Below, piece after piece: positions 37,501 to 49,500 of a stretch of DNA of 64,000 bases. The position numbers and the translations under genes are program-made. Origin of the DNA: Raillietiella orientalis (taxonomy: Eukaryota); NCBI GenBank assembly GCA_036172245.1, contig JAYWIR010000028.1, forward strand, positions 2,480,001 through 2,544,000. The letters are read 5' to 3'. Below the pieces are notes generated by a model. That model had not been told where the DNA came from. It saw only the letters and a program-made list of their open reading frames with translations, and did not search any database. Numbering within the stretch: position 1 is the stretch's first letter; every line of letters begins with the position of its first letter.

Positions 37501-40500
37501 CCTTTCCTGTTCTTTTCCCCTTAGAAGAAATTTCTCAATGGGTTGGAGGCTCTCTTGCCCTGCCTGGTTCCTGGAGGACTAGCAGCGAGCTTCAAGTTAC
37601 TTCCGGCTGGCCCTCCCACTATGCCGATCGATGCTTTTCCTTGGGAATCTCGCTCATCTGTCTTGGGAAGCGAGATCATGGGTATTTTTCACTTCTTCAG
37701 CCGAGGTGCAAGCCGGAGCATGCTGCTGTCGTTCTTCGGACTGCCGGGAGAATCCTTCAAGCGGACAAAAGGAAGACAAAGATAGAGCAGAACTTCCCCG
37801 TATCCCGGAATAAAGCAGGCAACCTCAGGAAGCACAGACGTTCTCCGCTTCACCTCTCGCCTTCAGTCAGGCAGACCCTCAAGGGAAACTGACCTCAAGA
37901 GGCACGCGGGAGGATTGAATGGCAAAGAGTGCAAGGACAGCGGAGCTCGCAGGCCCCGCGGCGGTTTGCTGGGGCGGTGATGGTCAGGCTATTCAGGCGG
38001 AGCTGCCCAGAACGGAAGGAATTCCGCGTATTCTCTCCCTCCCTGCGAACGGAGGACCCCCATCGAGGACCCGCGCACGAGGGATTGGCACTTTCCCGTC
38101 GCTGCCCGTCCGAAGACACGCGCGTGGGTTTCTGGCACTGGAGTCCGCGCCTGCCTCAATCCGTCTTCCCGGAAGGAGATCTAGTTAATCTGGCATTAAG
38201 GAAGCGTTCTCTCCATCCGCATAAATCTTGGGGACTCTGCTAAGCTTGGCATTGGTTCTATCAATCTTCCTTCCCTTACTACCGGCCGTCTTTCCCGAGC
38301 TACAATGGACTCGTGGTCTCCAGGAGCAAGAAGTTTCCGCTCCCTACCTGCGATTCGGCTGGTCCTCCTCCCCCTCTTGGAAGTTGGGGAGGAATAGATT
38401 CCTTTTGATAGGTTCGAAACTCCTGCTCGAATTCTGGAACTCGCAATCATCTCGCGCGCGAAATGGGAGAACGAACGCAGCATCCGGAGCACTCTCCGCT
38501 CGAAAGCATCTGTCGTGGTCCGGAACTCGGGTCCCTCAAGCCTCGGTGGTTAGACTGAGGAGGGAAACGGAGTGTTCTCTTCCGCCCTACGATGATCCGC
38601 GATTTGTCTCATCAAGAAGCACACAGACAACTGCTGGAACGCGCTCCCGGCGGGAGCCCCACGAGACACCGAGCTACTGCGGAGGACCGACGGGAACCTC
38701 CCTTGAAAGCTTTCTCGAACGCTCCACAAAGCAAGTCCACCAAAGAGCGCACGCGAGCCAAAATGTCTCGGGCGAGTCGGCTCCCGGTCGAGGTCGAAGC
38801 CGGCGACCTCTGAATAGTCTCGGTTGGAAGGGTTCCCTCTGAGGACCGCCCTTGGTGCAGAGCCTGCCATTCTTTCTCTTCACGTGAAATCTTCTGATGC
38901 TTCCGCTGAGAGCTCCTTCGGAAACGAGGAAACTGATCGGCAAGCCCTAATTTTGCCTATTTTTTGGCTCAGAAAACAAGTTATGCAAATCTTTAGGTTT
39001 TTCACATCAAGCTATTTTTACTTAATTAGTATTAAATTATCCTTCCCATCCTCAAAGCTTTCCTGTTCGCTGAAGGTCACGGGCGGGTCGCCATGGTAAC
39101 GAGGTGCCTGGAGGAAGCGAGCGCGCGCGCCGCCCTCCACTCTCAATAGAGACCAGCTGGCAGGAGAATCCCGGTCGATAAGCAACCACTGGCGCACACC
39201 TGCATCAGGGGATCAGTGGACCATGATGCTGACGTCTAGAGAGAAACGTAAGGGGAGCAGGCAGACGCGACGCTGTATTGCCCTTGGTTCTCTGTACAGA
39301 GAGATCGCTTCTCCGGGCACACATCCTTTAAGGAGCGATCCGCAGTCGAAGCGCCTCTCACACGACTCGGCGCAACCCCTGCGTCAGTCTCTGATTGCAG
39401 AGGGAGGAGCAGGCAAGTCATCAATCAGACTTGTAAGTAGGTCCGACAGATGGGGGTTCCTGGCCTTTCCGGATCTTCGGGGTCTCCCTGCCAGCCTGCC
39501 ATACACCCTACTTCCCCTCCCGTCCGAAGGTTAGACGGACGTTCCATCTCTCCCAGCTTGCATTTCAGAGAAGGGACTTCCGAGATCTTGCGTGTGCTCC
39601 CGCAGGATTAGCGGAGGCAGGTAAATCAATCTGAATCCCGCGGGGGATTATCCAGGGGTGACAGAACGGACAAACACTTTATGATGTATGCTGTGACAGC
39701 TGCGAGCGCAGCAACAGAAGCCAAAGGCGGAGGATGTGGATGCACTTTTTGATTCTGAGAGCTCCGTCTCATTGGAAGGAAGGATATGTCATCGGGCTCA
39801 AAGTCCTTCGGCTGAACCACCCAAAGTCGCTTCCATCACTGGAGAAGCAATAACAGGAATTCCTATTTTCTGGTATCCTTTATTCGGCAGGAGGCGAAGT
39901 CAGTATCAACAGGCGAGCGCGTGCCGTTCCTCTCGTCGTGCATGAAGATACCATCTGCCCATCCGCATCGAAAGATATCTATTCTTCCGCTTTCGGGATA
40001 GTCAGCTTTGCTAAGCGGTCTCTTCCGTGATTATGAGGTGTTTTAAGCGGCCTCAGTCTCCTTCGCTGCTCTTATTTTATGTGCATCAAAGTAGCGTCTC
40101 TGAATGCCTTACTTTTCGGAGCCCTCCTTCTGCATCCTGTTCCTGAAAAATTCTCGAACGACGCGGGCTGATTTGAGAATTCTGTCCACCTTTACAGCTT
40201 TCCATTTCTCGTATTCTTATCAACACCGGTTTACCGATTTTCTGTGGTCCAGTTGCTGTTGGCTCTCGACTTCTTGGATGAGCGCTCTACTTCTGAGGGC
40301 AACTCTAGAGATTCCTCGGCGGACGATTCTTTTGTCAACTTCGAGAGTCGAGATAGGCACCACTTTTCCGAACCGTCTGTAGGAACGACCACGTTGCAAT
40401 TATCGACTCTCCAGATGCTGAGCCATACGCTCTTTCTCTTTGCACACGACGAGACGGGCTCACGTCCTTCGATCCCTGAGCCATCAGCTCTTAGGGTGCA

Positions 40501-43500
40501 AGGATGGACAGCACCTCCTCCTCCTCTCGGGAAAGGCACAGCCACTCATGCAAGCAGGATCGGCTTCTTCTGAATTGTTTTCTCGAACTCCGACCACTCC
40601 TGGGTTTACAAGACCAGCCTCTCGTTCAAATCCTGTTCTGCATCACCCCTTCCTTCCTCATCCTGAAGGCGGAGCGGGTCAAAGAGATGGCGGTTCTTCT
40701 TCTTGAGCCTGATAAAGAATCTCCGGAAGAATAGCGATTCTCTCGGCTCCCTCGCAAATGATCCTAACTGACATTTGTTCTCCTTCCCCAGTCTCGCGCT
40801 CTCCACCGCCCCTTGATTCCCAGTGGACATTCCCAGCGATGACAGAACGAGTTGACTGCCTTCCCTCAGTCGACGCCTTCACCAACCCTCCCTCTTAGTC
40901 CTCGGTTCCGAATGGTGAGTGAAATTCCCTCGTGCATCGGAGAAGGGATCGATCCAACCGTTCTCCCTGATGGAACAACTCGATCGGAGCGCCATCCCGC
41001 GACAGTCATGCTAACCGTCGGCAAACATCTCGTCTTATGGGTGAGCACTCGCGACCCGCAACTGCGTGCTCGGTGAGCGATGTACTCTCTATCGCCCGGA
41101 GTCAGCTGGCAACGGCGGCGAGATGGCCTACCTCGCACTCGCCAAAGAAGCGTCATCGGTGGTTCCCTCACTGCCGCACTCCGCGGAGCTTGGTGCTCCT
41201 TACCCGCCAATCTGTTCGCACCTGCGGTCGGTTACTATTCCTCTGGAATCCCTCCGCTGCAAGATATGTTGGTCTTTGGCGACAAACGGAGACCCTCATC
41301 CACCTCAGAGATCACAAACGATAGCGTCGATGTCCTCGTCCTCTTTACAAGATAGTAGGCAGCTCTTCCAGTGTAGATGGCCGCGGGCACACTAGATAGA
41401 TGGCTTTCTTCTCAGAAGGAAAGGCAACACCTCTTGCTCTCCCTTTCACTTATGGGACGGGAGCAAGCCGGTGCTGTGTGAAGACCACCTTTCCATCGTG
41501 AACTCAACGAGTCCGGTTCAGCTGCTCCACGTGTGTACAATAAGTGCACCTGGTCCTCCGCGCGCCCCAAGCCTCCAAAGAGTGGACGCTTTTCAGAAGC
41601 CTTCGGGAGAGGTGGAAGCTGTAAATAATGAAGGTCCCAACTGTGAATCCTTTGGGAGCGGCACCAACAAGAGCGGCGCCCTCTTTCAAACGGATTTGGC
41701 GCACCGCAAGAGAAGCCGATCGCTCATCAGACGTAGCTTCCAGGATTCCTCCTTCCCGTCGCGAGACCATCTTCGGGACTTGCAAGCTTGCGGCAGATTT
41801 GCGGACTCTCAGGAGCAGACGTTTCCTGCGGCAACGAGCTAGCATGGTCACCTCTTGGAACTCTACCCGGTACTTGAAGCTTCGGTTGCCAGTCACTGCG
41901 ACTCCTCCAGCTCGATTCCCATTTCGGGACGAAGCGAGATGTCCGCTCGAAGGCGGATGCCAGCAGATGTGTTTACAGATGCTTGCGGATGCTTCACGGT
42001 TCATGGACGCTGCTCACAAAAACTACATCCTGGGAGAGAAACGTCTTCTCGTTCTTCTTTTGGATGGCTAAGATGGCAACAAGCTGCTTTGTCCCCAGCA
42101 ATCTATCGCGATTGGCGGCAGCGGCAAGCATATGTTCCGAATCCCCTCAGGTAAAAACATGCCTGCAAAGTGTACCATTTTGGAATCCTACTCCCGTTTC
42201 CCTTCCTTGCCTCTTCCTGGATCCTGTGGCAGATCTTCGGTACGCGACTAGGAAGGCGCGGGGAGCATTTCCGAAACAAAGAAAAGTCACGGAAATTCTC
42301 ACTAATTTTTTTTTTTTTTATTCCCACACTGCCCGCGTTGGTGGTTCGGCGGCTGCGATCTCCGCGCGGGGTATCAAGCGTGACGCGTTCGAATCTCCAC
42401 GTGTAGGATCGATGCTGAGAAATTGGTGCGTCGTGGATTTCGAGTTCCCCACGCAAAATGACGCTGGTTGGCCTATTCGGGTGGGGCATCAAGAGAAACT
42501 GAAAACCGGATCCCCCTGTTGAATAGCCGAGATTGACTCTCGAGGGTCCTTCCAGGAATTAAGGAGTCGATTCCCTTCGAGGTTCCCCTCCGGTTGTTCA
42601 AATGGAGCCGTCCCCTCCCACCCATCCCTTACAGGGGGATACCCTTCATCGAGTATCATAGAGCTGGTTGCTACCTCTCCAGAGTGCCAAGAAGTGCGCC
42701 ATCCCCTTCGGGGAGCACCTTCAGCAAAAATTCGGAAGCGTCCCTTCGGGGTTCTCTTCGGAGGAAGGAACAAGGAGCGGTTCCCTTGAGGGCAGCTTCC
42801 CTTCGGAAAAGGAATTCGAGGGACGGGTCCTTTCCAGGTTTCCTTCGAAGATACAATGAAATGGCCCTCTCCGGGGGTCCCTCCGGAGAGAGTGAGGAAG
42901 AGGTTCCCTCTGGGTTTTCTCCCAAGCGTGAGAGGAATGGACTCCTTTTTCCGGAACCTTTCCTGGATTCATGGGATGATCGCCTCCCGAGGTATCTCGT
43001 AACTTGAGGAGTTGACACGCACCCTCGGGCGGCGTGTAACAGCATTAAAGAATTTTGTGGGCCTCTAGGCGAACGGTTCTTCGGTACTCAGCGGACCAAA
43101 AAAAAAAAAGAACACCCGAAAGAAAGAAGAAAATAAAAAGCTAGGAAGACAGAGAGAGAGCAAGGAAAAACTGCTTCGCTCTGCAGGACATAGCATCGCG
43201 AAGCGGAATGTCAACCGTGGGCTCCTGTCCCCGGGCCAGAAAACCCCTACCTGGGAGTCATGTGAGCCTCGGTGCGATCCGTTAATTCCCTTCGGAACTT
43301 CACGTGAGCGACCGGCGTAACTTGCGCAGGAGCGTCGGCAAGAACGCTTCCCCCCGGACTGGGTTTAAGGCGATCGATTATCGTTCCGGGAAGGATGCGG
43401 GCCCTGGATCAAGAGGATGGGATCGAGGGGAACAGGGGGAACACCTCAGAAGAAGAATCTCCGGATAACTACTCGTTATCAGTATCACTCTGCGAGACAT

Positions 43501-46500
43501 TCTCTTCTCCCATAGGAGCCACTTGGCCGTTAATACCTTCCAGACAAGAGCTTTAGATTAAAGAGATCTCATTTCACGGCCCTGGAACCCTTCCACGGGA
43601 TGAAAGGGAATTCCTGCAATTCGCCTTCTTATGGAATCGGATGAACTGATTGCTTGGATTTGCTTTTTGTTTCACCCACTGACTCTTAAAACTCCAACTC
43701 CGAAGGGTAAAACGCTTCCGCAGAAAGGAACCGCACTCTTCTGCCTTGCAGAATTCCCTCTAAATGATGTCTTGGCATTCCCCGATCCGTTCCTCATCCT
43801 AGAGCTTTTGGCGGAGCAACGCGTCCAGTCTGAGAAGGGTTTCGAGAGCTCATGCAAGCGCTGGAAGGATGGCTGTCCTTTCAGCGCTACGGAGAACATC
43901 CCTCTTTCCTAGTCCATCCTTATGACCCCACTCTTGGAAATTTGAGAACTGAAGGCTAGCAAACACAGGCATCATCCCTGTCGCTTGCAGGGGCCAGGGC
44001 GCGTGGATTTCGAGACATAGAGGCTTCCTGAGACTTCAAAACATCTCTTGAATCATCTCTTCGTATCTTTCTGCCGGAGACTGTGCTTACGTCTTACTTC
44101 TTGCTTGCATAATCTACGGAAATTCAGGCCATGTTCATGACCACCATTTCTGATCGTTTTCACCTAATGACAAGCCATCCCCATGCAGAGGGGCTTCTAA
44201 GCTGGATGAATCCCTACTGCATCTCTCTTTCTCACACAATCTGAGACACCTACCTCAACGCTTCTCTCTTGCCATCCACTCATTATCCCTCTCGTTCTCA
44301 CCATCTTGTTCTTTTATCCCTCTATCCAGAGTCAACCTCCTCTTTCAGGACCTCGCACCTTTGTGAGGACCTCTTCTCTTGTAAGCTGCCCATCTTGAGA
44401 TGTTGGTTGTGTACCGATGTCACAACCTCACGAGGAAGGCAGCACCCCTCCGAGCTGCGGCGACAGAATCGCTCCCAGCACCCACGGCTGGAATGCAGTG
44501 CTCTTCCTCCAGAGTGGATATGCCCATCCCGCGAGTTTTTCTCACCCTCGAGACAAGTCTAGAGGACTACTAAAACATGTCTTCCCGCTGGATTGAATTC
44601 TCGTGACGTCAACCAAGGCCGTCCTGGTTCCTACGCTTCCCGGAACCAGGATGGCACGTCAGCTTCTAGAATCTGGACATCGTAGCAGCGACATCACATT
44701 GCCCTGGAGATGCCCTGTGGGGACAGAAAGTGGTTCCATCTGCCACAGGAATCCAAGACCGGCCCGAGGGTCCTTATACCCCTTATGTCCCGCACCCTTC
44801 TATTCGTAGCAAGGTCAAGTGTGAGACGTTGGATTTAAGGTGACTTACTCTGTACTTGGTTGTGGTGCGAGGTAAAGTGAGTTCATTGGGTGCCCCCAAT
44901 CCAGGGCTTTCCACGACAGAACGAAATCCCCCTACACGGATTACGAGCAGGCTCTATGGAGAGGGGGAGGGATTGCGATTTATTTTTATCTGATGCCCCC
45001 TCTTTTCTCTCTTCCAGTCCTTGTAGGTAGATACATGGTTGTGCTGAGGGCTGGATCCAACTGGGAACGAGCTCTTTAATCGTTTGTTGCTTGCTCTCTA
45101 CGCGAAAGGAAGTATTTCGGCATGACTAGGCAACAAGTCCATCTAGCCGACCAGCACGGTCAACTTTTCTGTCTGATCGTGCCGACCGGCTTATGTCTTC
45201 AGACTCAACTGGGACAAAGAGGGTGACCTGTCCTGTTCTGCGAACTTGCAAGCACATGAATCATCTTCTCGCGAGGGAAGCCTGCTGAACTGGTCCTTGG
45301 ACAATTGGGGTGCCCAGAAATCCAAGCCGATCGGGAAACCGCGACGGACCAAGATGGACACAGGAGTTGCCGTCGCTGTCACCCTCTCGACTGTGGGAAA
45401 CCACCGCGGTTGAGGTGACGGTGGTGACGGCCACATGGTTTCCATCACTTAAGAAGGATGGCAGCCATCACTGCTACACGAAGAACTTCTCAAGCTGATC
45501 CTCTTTTGCAAGAAAAGAAGGGCCAACAGCCTCCATAGGGGAACTGGTAGCTTTCTGTTGCGGAGGGACCACTTGGAGAGCGCCCGGGACCCTTCCTGGA
45601 GGGCAGCGGTCCGGAAAGCCCACCACATGATTCGAGTGCCGCTTCGTAAGGCTGTCCTCCCAGGTCAGTGGGCGGAAGCGAAGGCAGAGAAACAGGAGTA
45701 AGGGAGAGGAACAAAAATGCAACCTTCAGCAAAGCCCCGTTTCATCCCTCGTCCTCATCCTCGAAGGGTTCCTTCCTGCCTGACGTGGCTGCTGCGCCTC
45801 TGCTCCACTGGCACAAAGTCCAATGGAGCGCGAGACCCTGGCCCTAGCTTTTCTGCGTTGATCGATGGAAGGCACTGCCATTGACGGAGGGTCGCCTTCT
45901 AGGGCGCCATCGAGAGTGTCCGCATCGATCACCCGGGTGATTTGGACTCGAAAGAGGAATTTTTTTTTCCCTTCCCGAAGGAAACCTCGTTTCTCTTCTC
46001 CAGACATTCTTCAATGTCAAACCAGGCAGCGGAGCCCACTGTCAGAATTCCCTTCTTGGACAGAGCAGGCGTGCTCGAATCCGCAGAGACCCACAGCAGC
46101 AGCGGCAACATCCGCGACGAACATAGGAAAGGAAGCCCCGTTTCCTCCTTCCGCTAATTGGGAATCCAGCATTTTTCCAGGAGGCGTCCGAGGCTTCCCC
46201 TTTGAGCCTCCTTTCATTACTGATCGCTCCCTGCATACCTAGCCGGATCCTCTGGGAGCTAATGAGGAACCAGAACGCGGCGATAAGGAATGCCTCATGC
46301 AAATGTGCAAGCTCTTCGAGGTGATCTGACACGACCGGGGCAACGGGAGCGTACACGCCCTTCCTGTTTTCTCTCCTCTCCTTTGATCCTCCTCTTCCTC
46401 TTCCATTCCACTTCCTCCTCCCCGTCCGCCTCCTTGTCAAGCAAATGGATTCCTCGCATGCGCCCTCGCTGCTCTTTCGCGCGCACGGAGAGGTCCCCGT

Positions 46501-49500
46501 GGAGCTCGGCATCTGCCATTCTGACCGCCGGGGAAACAGGGAGGAAGGGGAGAGGAGTGTCATCTCCTGGAGCCTGCTGAGCGTCTTCTTGCGACGAGGA
46601 AACCGACGAGAAGAAATGACACAGCCTACCAGAAGGACTGCCAGCCACCCCCCTACGGATGGGAGCGTTGGTTGATCCGGGTACGCCGCTCACGAGCGGG
46701 CGCGACCGTTACCCGAGCAGGGAAAGAGGGTCACGGGTCGCAGCGGCTCCACCTCGCCGCTCGAGAGTCCCAGCCCCGTTTGCTGCGGACCTCCAGAAAC
46801 GAGTAGCAGCCTGTGAGGAAGGGGCGCGAAACGAGGGTTCAGGAACAGGAGAAGCCTTCCGGAGAAGGCATCTCAATTTGGGGGAGGGCGAGGGGCAGGA
46901 CTGGTCTCACCCACGAGCTCGAGGCGCCAGAAAGTACCTGATTCTTCTGCTATCAGGGTCTCCAGAGACAGAGAAGCTTTGGGCAGGCGGTTCTTCTGCT
47001 TGTCCTTCACATTCTTGTAGAACTGCAGCTGCAAACAATCTGAAAGCAAGAGAGGTGCAACTTTTCTCTCCACCTTTTTTCTTCTTCCTTCTCCCTTTTC
47101 CCTCCCTCATTTACCTCCCTTCCCTTGTACGGTCGCATCCGTCGAAAGGTGTCCTATCGAACTCGCCGCACCTCAAACGCGAGGCCCCGGTCTTCCCCGG
47201 GGAGTCGATTCTACACGGGAGGGACTACCCCACGCCTAATTCGCTCCTGAAACTCGCCCGAGCAAGTAAGGAGTGAGGGGGAGGGGAGGAGGAAAAAAAA
47301 AAACGGCGGCGTCTTCCTGGACCGCGACGGGATCAGCGGCGAGCGAGGGTCCGGCGGACAAACTTCCGATTCCTGGTGCAACCGATTTGCTGGACAGAAA
47401 CCTTCCGGTTGTCCCTTTTTTCATTGTGGTCGGGTGCGAGTAGCGGGGAGCGCGCTCTGTTTCGAATGGACGGCGGCCACGGACCTCGATTCAGATTACC
47501 TCACCTCGAAGACACCTTCGTCTCCCGGATCGAGGGAGTTTCCCCCCGTTCTAGGGAGAGCGAAACAAGCAGCATCCCTTAGAACCACAGCCTTTCGGAT
47601 TCTCTCTCGGCGTCGCACCCGGGAAGCCTCCGCGGCAGAGCGCCTGCATACGCGGAAATTCCAGATTGCCCAGGTCGTTTCCTTGGTTTCCTCGATGGGC
47701 CACACGTAGTCGGCAGCTCCGGCTGCGGACAGGTTCTCCGGTCTCCTCGTAGAGCCGCTGCGTGCGCCTAGCAGGAGAATGGCGGCCCTCGGACACCCCG
47801 TATCCCGGGTGCTCGTGAGCGACCGAAATCGCCTGCTCCCTGCTGACTTCCTTCCCGGAAGGTTTCGGGCTACTCTCCAGGAAACAGTGTTGGGAGACTG
47901 TCACTTCCTACATTTTTCGACCGAGATAAGGGCGGTTCCCTTCCCGTCGCTGCTTTGAGACCCTGGCTCGACCTCTGGAACGACGCACGGAGGGCCTCAA
48001 GGTGCCAGCTGAACCTCCCTCTTTGAGATCCTTCCCACAGGGATAAAATGAAGATAAAAGGAAGAAGGATTAAAAGTGGTTTGTGGCAGGTGCCATTGTG
48101 CGACCCCAACTATTTCGATTCCCCCACTCTCTTTCTTCTGTCTTCTCGTGAGAGGTCTGTCCTGTCCCGGAACCTTTAGTGGCGGCACCAGTGGTTGACG
48201 GTGCGTTATTTTCCTCCCTCTCTTAAAGCAGATCTCTGTTCGCAGCCTCCTATTGGAGCTCCTGCTTGACCTCTACATCCCACCGAGACACCGGATGCGC
48301 CCTGGCGAACCGAGAAGCAGCTTCCCTCGAACGACGAACTCCCCACCGGCACTGGGCTTTCGAGGAGCAAGCAGCGGACGGGAGCGCGCCCCACACGGCG
48401 TATCTCGAAAAGACCAAGAAAAAACGCGAGTTTTGCATCGAGGACCAACGAGAGCGTCGAAGGCGTCCTACGACTGGTCCTACTCCCCCGGCCGCCCGTC
48501 GAACCAGGGGAAGAGCTCTTCCGGATGAAGAGGAACCTCTGCCTCTCGCGAGTATGGTCTCCGCTCGCCTCCCCCAAAACACCCTGCGGGTCAATATCCT
48601 GCTCTCCCATTCGTGCTGCGGGATGCTTCGTTTGCACCTCCGGCGACCGCCTCAGGCCACGGCAGGAAAGGTAGTTGCTTCCTGCTGCGCCTCCCGGGTC
48701 CAGTTTCATGCTGTGTGGAAATGACAGGCCCGCGTTGATAACCCTCCCTGCTGGTCGCTCCTTTCTCCTCTTCGTCTCCCACAGTTCGCTCGGAAGGCGC
48801 GGCGGCTGTGCTGGAGAGATGCGACGCTCTTCGCGCGCCAGATCCCGCGTGTGTCTCACGGGATGTCTCCGGGAACCGACCAGGATCCACAGGAAGTCTC
48901 GAAACTTGACACACCTGAACTCCCTCCAACTCTTTCGCATTTCTCTTGTTTTTCTTCTTTTTTGTCTTTTTTCTCTTGGTTTTCCCCTCAAGCTTCTGCG
49001 CCCTTTTCTAGTCTCAAGGGCTGAAATTGCTGCGCACCTCCCTAGAAACCAGGAGAGCAGATGGGGCGTCGTGAGGAGAGCTGGGTAACGAGAGAGGGAG
49101 CAGATGAGCCTGAAGCTGGAAGACTGGTTCGTCTCGGCGGGAGTCGTGTGTGAAACGCAATCTTCCTGGATCGCTTCCGCCGAAGACTCCACGCGGCGGG
49201 GAGCCACCAGGAGGAAAGGGGAGTCCTGTCCGTTTGCTAAGAGGGAGGGAGGGAGAAGGACGCTGGAGGAACGCCAAGGGACAGGCACTCGATTCGCAGC
49301 GACCGAGAAGGAGGGAAACCACGAAATGCAGCAAGAGAGCCCTACCTCCCTCTCCTCCAGTCACCGGACAACGGCGGGACGCCGACGCAGCCGGCGGATC
49401 GTTAGCAGGCTCATCCAGAGGCGGCAAAATTCTCGAGAGGAGGCCCTCCTGCAGCTCACCCTTCAGTCAGATCCGGGAAAGGAAAGGATGCACGAACCAG

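Noticed and set aside
38405..38430. GGTTCGAAAC as a tRNA T-loop or B box (also GTTCGAATC near 42387)
   Set aside because: No cloverleaf or A box could be built around either site.
48206..49288. 360-aa ORF and many other 150-300 aa ORFs in the GC-rich region as novel proteins
   Set aside because: Arg/Ser/Pro-rich, overlapping on both strands, and antisense to or in alternative frames of transposon relics; long open frames are expected in GC-rich, TpA-poor DNA.
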